Source: Podarcis tiliguerta (Eukaryota). Taken from it: a DNA stretch of 64,000 bases. The position numbers were made by a program, and so were the translations under genes. Positions 1 through 13,544 of the stretch are shown piece after piece. The stretch lies in assembly GCA_965153285.1 (NCBI GenBank), contig OZ229113.1. One strand, given 5' to 3'. Under the pieces are notes generated by a model. That model saw nothing but the letters and a program-made list of their open reading frames with translations, ran no database searches and was not told where the DNA came from. The stretch's first letter is position 1; each line of letters begins with the position of its first letter.

Positions 1-93
1 CTTCTGGAACTACTGGAACCAACGCCGTTGATGCTGACACCACCACAACTCAGGCTGGCAGCACAATACCCATAACCTCATGGAACTTTGAAG

Positions 94-537
94 TGTCAGG
101 CATAGCTCTAATGGCTTTAGCCCAAACGTAGCAGAGTTTTCCTGCACAGCGAAGAAGCTAGTTGAGGTGGAAATGACTAGTCAGCTAGACTCAGAATAAC
201 TATTTACAGGATTTATTAAAAAGGAAAAGAAACCAGCAGAGTTTCTGCATACAAAAACAAAGCAAAATAAATCCTTTCTTTCTCTCTCTCTCTTAACCAT
301 ACACAGCACTCCTACTCCTAACACACCTAACCCACACTGTGCTAGCATTCCCAGATAACAGAGTTGTGTGCTGGTCGTTAACCAATCAGAGTCAGTAGTT
401 TCTAGGTCAAGCAGACCTTGGCTTTCTGCCAAGAGTAAATTGACACTGCCTTGAGTTAATTGTGTGAAGCCAGAATCTGTAAGTTTCCATGAGAATCAAT
501 TAACAGAAACTGAACACAATTGTCACAATGTCCTAAG
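94..537 (-). mobile_element. Possible solo LTR remnant (Gypsy-like)
   Basis: Starts TGTCAGG, has a minus-strand AATAAA (tttatt, ~212) and a CT-rich U5-like tract. No clear second terminus or TSD. Confidence 0.3.
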
Positions 538-3500
538 TTATGGCCCCAGAAAGATGCAGCAATATAACAGGATTCTTTTCATGCCTGAATTCTACCCAGT
601 TTTGTGGAGGTGACTTGGTGAATCCCTTATTCCATTATAAAGGGGATCTGGAATCTTCTCACTATAAAGTTTCTTTGAGGTTTAGTTGCATAGCATTTAT
701 CACCTTCTACGGTTCCTTAGTTCCCTCCCCAAGAGTATATCCAATGACTGAAACTGTGTGGTTGTTCCAATCACAGACCTCTATTTTAGATGTCCCCCAA
801 CTCAAGTTTGCATCTTCTCAGCTTTCCTTGCTTCCTCTGAGGTTGTGGTGAGACTCTCACTTGCTGCTACCATTGCTAGCCTCTCTCCCACCATCCCATC
901 TTGTGCCTTATACCATGGTGGCTTGTGTCCATTGGGACAGGTAGGATGGAAGGCATGGAAGTCAACAGTAGGTGGAACAAGAGCCAATGATAAGCAGAAC
1001 CAACTAATTCCAATCTTGGCCCCATCCTCCTTCCCACTGAGTTCTACGAAGACAACACTGAAGCTAAGCAGGGAAAGACTGAGAGCCATCCCCACCCCTT
1101 GATTGGTTGTAAGAAGGAAGATAGGCAGATGAGGGCCATCTGAGGGCAGATTGAGCATGGTGGGGCAGTGCCCCACTCACCTGGTTTGCAACCAGCCATG
1201 TCTGATCTAGTGAGGCACAGCAACCAGAGCTGCCTTCTGCTACTTCCCAACAGTATTCTTCACTAATTTATGTGGACCCTTGGGATCTTTTGATGAGTTA
1301 ACACCATCGTTGTGAGGAAGACACAAAGATAACAAGGTTTTGCAGAAGGCATACAAAATATCATTTGGGTGACCTTTCTACTTTGTGGCTATCACTGCCT
1401 CCCACACCAAATGGCTTAATTTAGTACCTTAATTAGTATCCAACTACTTGGGAGAACTGAGCAGAATCACTGTGTGTTTCGATTTTTTTTACCATCCAAG
1501 TCTGCATGTTAGATGAGGGAGAACCCTTTGTGGAACAGCTAAGCAAACTGCATGAAAATCCGAGGTATTTCTTTGCATTTTGTACAAGTCTTGGACACCA
1601 ATTATAGCTCAGATATAGCTGTGCAAACCCCCCAAAGGCTAGCATTGATTCTTTCTGAGCTGCAATTAGTGTCCAGGAATTGGATGGAAAATTAATTCTG
1701 AGGGGCAACTCAAAAGCACACCAGAAAATTGAGGCAGTTTTTGACTATATTGAAACTGAAACTAAATAGTATGTTTTGGCCCAGATCTATAATTTAGTAG
1801 GAACGACGGGGTTCCCTTGGCTTTCTGATTTTTTTTTTCTTTTTGTAATTGTTCCAAGATTCTGACATCTTTTGGGTCCATTCCAGATCTCTTTGGAATG
1901 ACATGTGTTGAAATGCTGAAAGGGGTCTGAACCAGGGAAGTCTACACATGCCTAGCAGATGGATGTCAGGGGCAGGACTAAGGAAACTCTATTGGTGGTA
2001 TTGGTGATAGGGCAACTGGTGGTACTCTGCTAAAGGAAGCTTCTGTGTTGACGGGGGATCTTCTAGGGGCAATTTCAGGGGATGCTGCCTGCCAGCCTCA
2101 ATGATTGCTGCCACAACAACTGTTACAGTAGATGAAGAACACAGGGGACCCACCTTACTCAGGCAAGTAACTGAAGAGATAAATAAGCTTTCTTGTTCAT
2201 GACAAATTAGTATAGGATAAGTTAGAGAATCTGCTCTAACAACTTCTGGTTTTTTTATGGGGTTCTTACTTCACACAAGCAGTTTAAATGATAAACTTAA
2301 CTTTTAATTAAGAATGCAAACATTCTTGTAAAAGAAAAGCTTAAGGTTACATTTCAGCTGGATGCAGGTCTTTTATTAATTTGCAAAGCATTTGACCTAT
2401 GCAGTGAGAAGTAAGTGCCACTAAGTTCAATTGAGCTTACTCCTGAGAAACTACATAAGACTGCAGCCATGTTGATTCTAATGAATTGGGTTTGGGGGTA
2501 TGGGCTGCTGTCTTTAGCTTGTGTATTTATATATAATGGATTCCCACAATTTTTGACTCATCTTTGAGTGTGTGACTACAGTTGCTGTCATGATTAGATT
2601 CTGCACTTCAAAATAGACCAATGGCCACCACCATGGAAAAGGCAGCAGGTTTTTGCTTTTGTTTTTTTAAAAAAAGAAATCTGAGGAAGTACTGTGGTGA
2701 AAGAGGCAGGCCTGTTTCGACCTTCTGTTCATCCTAAATCCCTCCCTCAAAATTTTAGCTAAAGGTTCATGTTTGCGTCAGTTTTATATTAACAATTGTT
2801 GAGATTGAAAATATTATCACATTGCACATGGCATCCATTTGGTGTTGGCCTTTCATTGCGGCTGAACTGGTGTTTTCTTCCAACTTTCCCCCACAACCAA
2901 ACATGCAAGCTTTCTACTGAAACATTGCTTATTCTAATTCTTCTATTTAGTCCTCTGAAGTGCAGCATTTTGCAGGTTCTAGCAGAGAAGACATCAAAAA
3001 TATGTTGCAAGAACTAGAAACTAAGTTGAGCACCGTTTGTGCTTATTTCAATCATTTAATTGAACTGTCAGGTTGGAATTGCTGGGGCAGCACTATGTAT
3101 AAATAGAATTCACAGAGGAAATTGTTATTTTCATTTGTCACGGGGTGTTTATTTCTTCAAAAGCCACCTTGGTGCTAATCTAACTTCAGTGGTCTCAAAC
3201 TTGTTTACAGCAAACTGTGTGGGATCCAAAACATGCTAGATTTATTCAAAAATATAAACAAAACTGAATTTCTGTTTATCATTCTCATCTTTATAGATTT
3301 TGCTGACTACCATCATGTCTCAAAGCATGAAGCTCATAAAGGAGACTTGAACATAACAATGCATGATGAGTTAGGGTGCTAAAAATTCAGTAACAAGTGT
3401 AGTATCATTTTTCAGGGCACAGTTTATACTAAAGACAAGCAAGCTCTGTTGGAATAAAGATTTACAATAGTGAATATGTATATATATTTCAGATCTTCTT

Positions 3501-3804
3501 AGTCAGGAGCTGGGTTCATCTGCCTCAGATTATCTCCTTGGTGACCAACAACTTTAAAAAACAAAAAACAGCTTGCCAAGGTGCCTTGCACAATATCCTT
3601 ATTACATTTGGTGTGTGGTTTTAACATCACTGACTGCCTGCTTTATTTTCAAACAGAAAAGCAAGGACTTAAAACCCACATTGAAGACATCCATCCTATC
3701 CCCATACAAGATGTAAAGGGCCAATTCTGTCATGTGGTAGTGTAGAAATGACATTTTGCATGTGCTTAACGACAATGTGTGCTTTCTTATTTCTACATAA
3801 AATT

Positions 3805-4200
3805 TTCCAAAGGAGTGGCTGTATTAGTCCCTTGCAGCAAAACCAACCAACAGTCTTGTGAAACTTTAAAATCCAGAACATTTATTATGGCATGGACTTT
3901 TGTGGTCTGCATGCAGTCCACTTAACCAGATGTATGAATCGTTTTCCTGAGTTGCATACCTGGTGGTGTGGTGCGGATTGTAAACAATGAGGGAACGAAA
4001 TGCAGCAAAGTTCAAATGATGATAATTATGTTATTAGCAGAGGGCATTTGGTTGGCAATGCAGATATCCTGGCATTTATCTAATGGCGTGGGGGGGATCC
4101 ATTGTGTCAATTCAATTCACCAGTCACAACACTGAACCTTTTGAGGCAATGTTATTCAGTGGTTCCCACTGCTTGGAAGTCCTCTTGTTCAAGAATGGGG
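3805..4200 (-). mobile_element. Penelope-like element 3' end/pseudo-LTR with decayed hammerhead ribozyme
   Basis: 3811-3937 follows the reptile PLE terminal pattern (gtggctgtattagtc...gcagcaaaa...agtcttgtg...tttattatggcat...ctttt gtgg..ccactt..cagatgtat). Adjacent minus-strand ILEQEDF is weakly GIY-YIG C-terminus-like. Right boundary is uncertain. Confidence 0.65.
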
Positions 4201-5029
4201 GGAGGCTTACGGTCAGTTGCTTCCCTCACTTTTGTTTCTGGCTCCACCCACCATAAACATGCAGACACCAGAAGGTTGGGGTGGTATTCTGGCATACAAT
4301 TCTTCCCTGCCATTTTTGCGGATGAATCATGGCAGAACAGAAGCACGAATGGTGCTGGTGGCATATCTGATAATGTATGCTTCGGTGTCACACCGTGTCC
4401 CCTGGTGAGAATGAAATTTAGCATGATATGTGGAATATTGACCAAGAAATCACAGTTCCATAATGCAACAGTGCAGAGTAAAGGGAGCATTAGAAACCAG
4501 GAATGAAATGCTAGCATGTTAACCAGAAAAGCTAATGCATTAATTCCCACATCTGAATACACACAAATGTATAAAATGCATAACCACATACAAATATTTG
4601 AATAAAAATCTGAGCAGGAGTGAACACTGATTTGAAAAGAAGAAGACAGAATATTCTAAAGGAGCATCTTAAGAATAGGCCAACATCAATCAAACATTAA
4701 AAGACTGATAAAAGAGTGGAAATTGTTTAGAAGGCTATTAAAGAACAACAATTCTACCACTGAACTGCATCAAAGCAGGAAACGACAGATTAATACACAG
4801 GAACAAAGACTCCATCATAGCAAGGGAGTGGGAGGAACTTCTAACAAGAAAGAGAAGGCTGTGAAGTGCCTGCTTCTATTTAATCTGTGACATGGTATGG
4901 GAGAAACAATATTTTCTTTGGCAAATGACACTCAACATCCTAATTCCAATAAGCTAGAAAATTAGAAGCACAAAAATGACATAAGAAGAGAATAAGAACA
5001 AAACATCAATGAAGAATGGGATTTCCATC

Positions 5030-5180
5030 AGGGGCTGAGGAGAAACTCAATTTTTATGTTTTAATTCTTTTCATGATAAATTACCTAATTCACATTCCTC
5101 GAACCAATATGGGAACTAACACACTGCTGTCATTTGAAATTCATATTTCTCCAAATTTTGTGATGCAGTTTTCCAACCTG
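5030..5180. mobile_element. Old non-autonomous DNA transposon fragment (same family as 29004-29408)
   Basis: Shares motifs cctaattca.a / ctccaaattttg / gttttcca with 29004-29160 and 52120-52300. Confidence 0.45.
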
Positions 5181-5197
5181 TTTCTGGAAATCACAGG

Positions 5198-5328
5198 AGG
5201 GGAGAGGGCTATTGTGCTCAGATCCTGATTCCAGTTTTCCCATAGGCATCTGGTTGGCTTGGCCATCATATGAATATGATGCTGGGTCACATGACCCACT
5301 GGACTGATTCAGCAGCCTATGTTCTTAA
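5198..5328 (+). mobile_element. CR1 LINE 3'UTR fragment
   Basis: ggcatctggttggc...gatgctgg...ggactgattcagcagcctatgttctta is the reverse complement of the CR1-type tail at 46341-46525. Confidence 0.6.
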
Positions 5329-6369
5329 TTCTTCTTCCCTGGGAAGGTGTTGGAACACTTGTCTGCAGACAGTCTGGAAACAGGAGTGGTTTCAAGTGTC
5401 CTTGGGCTTATCCAATGAATAATTTTAGCAAAACCTCAATACCACAGTATGTGGAATAACAGTCATCTCAAAGTATTTTTTCTTAGAATGTCACCCTTCA
5501 GTACGTATCTCACCTTAATAAACCGAGATATGAAATGGAATGCAAATGTCTGTTTATTCATGTTCTGATGAAATATTCCGTCTGATGAAGTTCACGCTGT
5601 CCAAACACCAACCCTTACCCACAGTTTTGGCACCAGTTTCTTTTTCTTATTGCAGCATGTTCCCTCTTAGGAGGGCATCTCTTTTTTTGAGATACAGATA
5701 ATAAAGGGAGGATTTCTGTCTGCTTTGAGCATAAATCAACATTGCTGTAGTACCCTGCCAAATATTTGATAGGTCACTGATGGGGATGTGTAAGTTAAAT
5801 GGAAACGGTGCAGGGATCCAATTTTCACTAAGGACTTATTAAGAGTTATCTGATCAGGGTAGGATTTCAACAGCTGTCTTGTGAGCAGTCAGAGGAGTGT
5901 GAAAACCACTGAGCCACTAAATCCCCAGGGCTTGCATGGTGTGTTTTTTATATTATTATTGTTGGCTGCATTGTTTTCAAGATAATGGTAAGGGTGACAC
6001 TTCAAGTGGGCTCCTGCAATCTGAGCAATATAATTTAATTACAGAGTCTAGATCCTCTTTGTTCTTTCAAACGTGTCTAACAGTATCCCTTTCTCAGCAG
6101 CAGATTTGCACATAATAACAGCTTCGCTTTCAGTGCTGGAATACTTTCTAATGACATAGCCTTCATTTTACCATTGCAATTCTATGCTGCCCTCACCAAT
6201 AGCCATGTTATCTTTTCTTTTTCATGTTTTGTCAAAGTGGGTATTTATTTTTATTTTGTTGCTTAAAAGCCATGCAATAAAATATGAAAGCAGACATTTA
6301 ACAGCAACAAATTCCTTGCCTTCTTCAAAGTAGTTTTCTTTCATCCCTGTCACACTATCAAATAGAGTA

Positions 6370-6746
6370 ATAGAACCATAGAACTGCAGAATTGGAAGGG
6401 ACCCCAAGGGTCAATGCAGGAATCTCAATTAAGCATCCTGGACAGATGACCACCCATCCTCTGCTTAAGAACTTCCAATGAAGCAGAGTCGACCACCTTC
6501 TGAGGGAGTCTGTTCTACTGTCAAACGGCTCTTACATTGAGAAAGTTATTCCTGATGTTTAATTGCAATCTCCCTTCTTGTAACTTGAAGCCATTGGTTT
6601 GGGTCCTACTCTCTGGAGCATCTTCCATGTGACATTTGATATCTGAAGATATTTGAAGATGGCTCTTATATCTGTTCTCCATCTCCTCTTTTGAAAGCTA
6701 TACATACCCAACTCCCTCAGCTGGTCCTCATAAGGCTTGGTTTCCA
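6370..6746 (-). mobile_element. CR1 LINE, 5'-truncated (ORF2 C-terminus + 3'UTR)
   Basis: Minus-strand peptide ETKPYEDQLRELGMYSFQKRRWRTDIRAIFKYL and TTCTATG-type tail. Homologous to 60926-61510. Confidence 0.92.
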
Positions 6747-6799
6747 CACAGCCAGACCCATTTACCCACTCACCTTGGCCTATCATCATCCAAGGAGTA

Positions 6800-6943
6800 A
6801 GAGAGAGATAGAGAAAGGGGTAGAAACCCAGGTCCACCCAGGGAGGGGAAGGTGGGAAGTCCAGAGATCTTTTAACTGTGGATATGATGTGGTGTGATTA
6901 TAATTTTAAATGTGAAAAACCAAATAAAATTATTTCAAAAAAA
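6800..6943 (+). mobile_element. Possible L1-type 3' end
   Basis: Purine-rich tract, then a GT-rich tract, AATAAA and an A-tail (ccaaataaaattatttcaaaaaaa). Confidence 0.35.
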
Positions 6944-8363
6944 TATATATCTATTTTTTAAAATGTACCTAGCAACGTATCAGGACAGGGACCACAGTCT
7001 GTAGGGAGGAATCCAGCATTGTGTTTCCTGGGAGGGAAGCTTATCTTGGTGTCAGTGGAAGCGGGTGAGTTGGGGGGGGTGTATGTGCCCCCAAAGCCCC
7101 TGGACTTACTCTCAAGACTATGGGCAGACTGTGCTCATAATAGGTAGCTTTTAATCAATGGCCAGTACTACTTAAAAGGGTGCCAGGCGTTCTTCCCCCT
7201 CTGTGGACATGGATCTCATTGCTGTTATCTGTGAAACCGAACTTAAGCACATTTTGCAGTGAGAGAACAGAATAAACAACAAACTGTTGGGATGTTTCTG
7301 TGAGTGGGAATGGAAGGTGGAATGCAGCCAGAAACTGTAGTCTTTTTATGTTATGTTTTGACTTGAACCACTGACAAACTTACGATTACTCATAAATGGG
7401 CACTTTGGACTACCAGGCTCAGAATGTTACCATTTGAGAAGAGGATAAACAAGGATTGCTTACAGATTCTTCTAAGACAGATCTGCCTGCTATTTTTACA
7501 CAGCTTGTCGTTTGTTAATCTTTCATGCCACCCAAATCTTGCTTCACAGGTAAGGCATTCAATGCCGTTTGGAATATACATGGGGAAATCACACAGTTGG
7601 ATGCTCTCTCACATCAAAGACAAACTGTCTTGGAAAATGGGCACATCAGGAGACAGAGAACTCATCAGTCATACAATTCCCCATCTTCTGAATAATGCTG
7701 TGTCAAATATCCTCTACTTTTTGGTCAGCAATTAGCAATTTTAATGGGGTTGAAACACTCACCCCCCCCAAAAAAACCCCACTAGGATGCTCAAATAATC
7801 AGCCCGCCTCCAATTTTATACAGAAAGAAACAAGGGAAATAAACAAGGAAAGCAACATGTAAAGATCTACACCACAAATTTCACATTTGTACATGGGAGA
7901 TATAGGAAGAGCATTCAAGCCTGCCAAATTCAAGGTTTCACAACTCCAGCTTCACTGTTCAGTAAGCCAAAGCAAGCCCCTCCCAGGCCAATCAGAGACT
8001 GAACAAAAGGTTCAATTCTGCATTGTCAGGGCATTGTCCCTGCTCCACCAAGTTCTGATCTAGAAACAATTATGGAAATACAGAACTTCAACATCTTGGG
8101 TGGAATCTTCTTGACACAGATTCAAATACCATCCCTCATACTGAATACAGACGAGTGTTATAGCCGTTGTGCACAGAGTAGGACAAGTTGTCATTTTTTT
8201 GAAGGAGTGTTAAAGAATGGCCAATATATAAACGTTTCCCAGACACAGAGTCATTTCAGTTCAACTGTCACACTAAAGTTGTCCAGGAGTAAATACCAAG
8301 TGCTTTTTCTGCATTTGTAGACCAACTCTAACAAACATACACATGTTGCACGGAGTGATTATG

Positions 8364-8486
8364 CCAACCTTCCCCAGACTGGTGCTTCCTGGTGTTTTAT
8401 CTTAACGTCATCGCTGACCTGTCCATGCTGGCTGGGACTGGGGGAAGCTATAATACACTTGAGGGCACCAACCTGAGGAAGACTGT
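8364..8486. mobile_element. Degenerate hAT (Charlie/MER5-like) MITE
   Basis: Decayed inverted ends (ccttccccagactggtgc / gcaccaacctgaggaagactg), similar to the intact MITEs at 36592 and 47898. Confidence 0.5.
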
Positions 8487-11400
8487 ATTACAATGACTGG
8501 CCAGAATTCACACATTGACATTACCAACCCATTTCTACATTATGACACATATTGCATTACTATTATCTGTACTAATCTCCATTTCTTTTGAACTCATGTA
8601 CATGAGGAGTCAGGTGAGAAAGGATGATTAGTAGAAGCGCCATAGAATGATGAGACTAAGGAATTGTTTATAACTGATTGAGCAATTTCTGAGCGCATAG
8701 TTCACAGGATGGCACAAAGCAGTTAACTATAGGAAGTAGTTATGCTTTTCTGTAGACTGCCCTGTAATCCTCGGATGAAGAGCAGTCTACACATTTAATA
8801 AACAACAACAATCACCTTGTAGCATCTTGTCCCCCATCAAGATCCAGAAGCAGTGGATTTCTCCACTGTTTAACACAATATAGAGTAACAGAAGTGGGCA
8901 CTGCAACAAAGTGTTTCAATATATCCTCTTTTCTAAGAGGAGTGCTTCCGTTCAGAGTGCCAACCTTTCCAATTCTTTCAAGACAGGTATTCATTCTATT
9001 GGCACTCATCACCGGAATTCTCTATAAGAATCAGAATTCCTAATGTGTGCATGTGTATTTGTAGTCTTTTTTACATGTATGATACATACCATAAATGAGA
9101 AAAACAATCCCTTAATCAGCACTGGCAAAATGCAGAAGGTTCTTTTTCTTTGGAAATCTTTCTGCTAAAAATCTAGTTTCATTAGGTTAGAAGACCAAAA
9201 TATTAGAGCAGATGGATTGATGCATCAAATCCCCACACAACTATGATTATAATTTTCTTGGGTTTTATTTTTTAAAAGTAACTATTTCCTTCCCCTTTTG
9301 ATTAATTTTCTTTCTTGGTTAAACAGGTATAGCATAGTCCTTCACATGCCTCCTCATCTCTGTGTGACTTGGCAGTGGAATTATTAAAGATTTGGTACAG
9401 ACCTTAAAACATTGATTTTCAGCCACAAAGAAACTGAGTATTAGTAAATGGAGACAATGTATCAACTATAATATGCTTGTATCTAAAGGATGCCAAGCCT
9501 GTTCAAATCAATAGCAGATGGTATCCTCATACCTGTTAGATGTAGATTAGCACTATGCCAAAGCTTGTCTTCCAATTTATCAAAAGACCCATTCCCCTGA
9601 CAAGCACATTCTGTGACCCATCAGAGAAGCAAATGACCAGACAGGACACAAAGGTTTAGAATGAAATCAGACCAAATCTTGATCCACTTCAGCAGGCAGG
9701 GTAAGGGTTGGCATGACAGTAGGGCCAAGATCAGCTCACCATTCCACGTGCCCCTTCCTGGTAGAATGGGATCCATTGGGGTTGGACCACATCAAATCTG
9801 TTCCTTGGGAGTCACCCAGTTCTGAACCCTGCTGTGGTGCAAGTCAAGCTGGCAAGGTGTCACTGGGCAACCAGGGTGAGGATTCCAGGCAGGTAGAGAC
9901 ACCAACTCAAGAATGGGGCATGCCATGACCAATGCTCCCCTCAGGCCTCTTTGATTTTGCAGAAATAGCCATAAGTTTCACTCAAGGAAAGGTGGGAAAA
10001 CCCCAAGAAGTTGAGGGAAAGAAGCAACGCTTTTCTTCTAGAAATATGGTGCTGGTACTCACTGTGAAGTTGTTACAGTAAGTGACAAACTTTTAACCAG
10101 TGCTTTTCTTCTAGGAAAAAAAGGTCCCTGTACTGCATAACCTTGAGTACTCTCAGAAAAAAAGCACTTCTTCCCAGCCTTATCAACCAGCAACCCAGAT
10201 CTCTCAGCTCTAACCTGAAGTGAGTGGGTGCAAAGCTTGCAGGGCAAAATGGCCCTGAACTCTTATAAATGTTTTCCACCCTTCCTCCTGTGAGGACCCA
10301 CAAAAGTCAACACATGGGCAGAAATCCACCTCATTTACTGCTTTGTGGGTCACATACCACCAGGCATATTCACCCTGTGCTGATTGTGCCTGGAATGAGA
10401 CTTATTTTCCTTTCTCCTTATTGAGTCACTTTAAAATTCATTTAGAATTTATTCAGAATTACGGTGGCTGCAGGGTTGAGCATGCTTTATCATGGTGAGG
10501 TGCCTGTGGGTGGTGTATGGTTTTCATACATCTTTCTGTTTATCCAGCTCCTTTAACTTCCTGGGGCCCATTCTGTTCTAATGGGAGGAGGAGACCTCAT
10601 GATCTCTTCTCTGGAGCTTTAACATATGTGGGAAAGAAGGGAGGCTGGCTACCAAATGTCTGAGATCAGTGTTCTTGCTGTTTTTTTTAAAAAAGTCCTC
10701 ATTTCACCTTTTGAAAAATATTTATGCACCAGTTTGTTTAAAGGAAAGTTCATTTAAAATCAAAAACAATGAACAGTTGTCAGGTGCATAGGAGGCAGCA
10801 CCCACCCATGAGAATTTCAGCATGTTTTTCTTCCCTTTTATGATTTTCTAATTCTTTCTCATTAATTGATGGAGAATGATCAGGGACCGGGGATGCAGAT
10901 CTGTTCAGCACAATACCAATGTAGATTACTGGTGCCTGCTTGCCTTCATTTCTTCCTCTGCTGCATCCTCAATATATTGCTTGAAGTTTATATATGGACA
11001 AGGTGTTTTACATGAATGAACAAGGTGGTTTTGTGTACAATGAACACCTCACGCACATGTAGCCACCATGAAGACTCTCCTCCCTGTGTTGCATTAAAGC
11101 TCTGGAATGCAAAGTTTCAATTCTGGGGCTGTCACTTTTCAGACAGCTTGAATGTAGTAAGTATCAATGATATGGAACTCTTATGGAGCTTTGGGGAAAA
11201 ATTCAGGATGTTTGATATGCTTTGCCAAACTAAACAAGAGTGCTCCACAGAAGCGGGGTTTTTTTGGTGGGAGGGAATGAAATGGATGTTTCTGCTACCA
11301 CCTCCCTGCTGAGTCAGATTCCTTTGCTTGCTGAGTGTGACCTGTTCCAGGAATTGAAAACAGGTTCTGGAACTAAGCCTTGAAAAGCCCTGGCTCAAAT

Positions 11401-12768
11401 TCTGCTCCTCTCCTTTTGCACTGTAAAAGTGACATTCACAAGCAAACAAATAAAAAATCAGTTCATTCTCTCTTTTTTTGCCATCCTTGAGTACAGTTCC
11501 CTGCTCTCCTTCACATGGCAAACTGATTTTTTAAGACTTTCCTACCCGTGCCAAGGGCTAAGTCTAAATTGTTCAGGTTTCTTTTCCCCTATAATTTGTT
11601 AGAAAAGTTTCACCCACCCCTGGAAAATACTCAGCAAAATGACTCTCCTAATGAATTGGCTGGAGAATTTCAGGTGCAACCATGGATCAAATTTTAAGAT
11701 TGTTTAATAATATTTGTTGAAAGAACCACTGGTCTTTCTATCCTCTTCTCTTACTCTATTGCTTACTCCATAAATCAACAGGATGACCATGTGTTCTACC
11801 TGGCAGAGGGAAATCCTCTGTTTGAAGGCTTTTTTATTTGAAGGTCTGTCTGGTCCAAGTCTGGGAGAGCAAGAGCCTAGAAGTTGCTCATCAAGACTTA
11901 GTATCTTGCATACGGGTCATTTTGTCAGTCTTTTGCACTATGGTGAGAGGCAATTGAATCACAATGAAATTACAGAAATCATTTCAAAATTCGCATCTAT
12001 GTGTATCAATTAGCATATACAAATGTTGCCTGCATTTCTTTTCCTTCTTAATGTTGCATATCCTCTTTCTGCATTATGTGCAAATAGCCACCAAACTACG
12101 AATGCCTAAACTTTTTGACATATCATCTGAGTTCCTTAAAGCCTTCTCCCAAATAGTGTGAAGAATTTGGGGAGGGCAGTTTTTATAAGTCACAAAAACT
12201 AAAATAGAACAATAATGTGCTGAGGCAATATATCAGTAAAGTTGAGGTGTTGGAAGAAAGCAGTAAGTAGTGAGTGGCCTTCACTTTCATTCTCATGGCT
12301 TGTTTGTGACCTTTTGGAGACTTCACACTGTTGAAAAACAGTGCTAGACAATATGGACATTTGATCTCATACGACAAGTAAATTCTAACATTCTTATCTA
12401 CTCATCAGTGCCTGGAACAAATGCTAGAAGAAAAGGATGAGTAAGATCAATGAATGAAACAAACTGGAGTCTGGGTACAATAGTTAATTATGTGGTAGAG
12501 GCCACACATCCCATGCTTACCACCCATGGGGGTGGGAATCCACAGCACCTGAGTCACAAGGAAGTATTTAAACACAGTCAAATTCCAGCATCTGGTAAAT
12601 TATGTGTCAAATCTCAGGTCTGATTCTTCTTTCTGGTTCTCTGCCATTCAACAGCATTGAAGGCTGGGAGTGGCAACATCAGCACCGTGTATTTACACAC
12701 ACCCTTACTGACTAGCAGGGCCCCACATGAATCGCCATCATGTTTAATCTGTAGCTCTGAGGAATGCA

Positions 12769-12920
12769 GCAGCAAAACAGGGCATGTTCATCTGTCCCAC
12801 CTGCAATGAAACATGTCTCTCCTGTATCACTCTCTACAGCCACAGTAGGCACTGTAACTCTTCAATGGTTACATTGGCTCTACTCTTCCATTGGCTCCCA
12901 AGACATACGGATGCCAACAA
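12769..12920 (+). mobile_element. RTE-clade LINE 3' end
   Basis: Peptide FICPTCNETCLSCITLYSHSRHC (decayed C-terminal zinc-knuckle), (CAA) tail, and a 16-bp TSD agctctgaggaatgca / agccctgagggatgca (12753-12768, 12921-12936). Confidence 0.8.
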
Positions 12921-13151
12921 AGCCCTGAGGGATGCATGTGTCTGTTCAGTGTTTACTTTGCTGTCAGGGCCAGTGTCAGCACACAGCTTTTTCAGGCACC
13001 AAATGGGCTCTAAGCATCTAGCAGGGCCCACTGATGCTGACACATAATTTGTGCTCCCTCCAAGTGCCCATTCTCTCAGCCATAGGCTTATCTAATGACA
13101 GCAGATGGATCTTGGAAGTCAGCCACCATTTAATCATGATGGGACAGAATA

Positions 13152-13544
13152 AAAGGTAAAAAGTAAAGGACAAGGACCCCTGGATGGTTAAGTCCAGTCA
13201 AAGGCAACTATGGGGTTGCGGCACTCATCTTGCTTTCAGGCCAAGGGAGGCAGTGTTTGTCCACAGACAGCTTTCCGGGTCATGTGGCCAGCATGGCTAA
13301 ACCACTTCTGGTGCAATGGAACACAGTAGTGGAAACCAGAGCTCATGGAAACGGTGTTTACCTTCCCACCACAGTGGTACTTATTTATCTGCTTGCCCTG
13401 GTGTGCTTTCGAACTGCTAGGTTGGCAGGAGCTGGGACAGAGCAACGGGAGCTCACCCTGTCACGCAGATTTGAACCGCCGACCTTCTGATCAGCAAGCC
13501 CAAGAGGCTCAGTGGTTTAGACCACAGTGCCACCCGCATCTCTT
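13152..13544 (-). mobile_element. Sauria SINE (Squam1), full length
   Basis: tRNA-like head at the right end, (ACCTTT)n tail at the left, TSD atgggacagaata / atgagccagaata. Aligns with copies at 28611 and 35556. Confidence 0.95.

Noticed and set aside
4600-5015. A-rich stretch with LLFNL / LANDT-like words suggesting a LINE RT
   Set aside because: Too decayed to support a call without a profile search.
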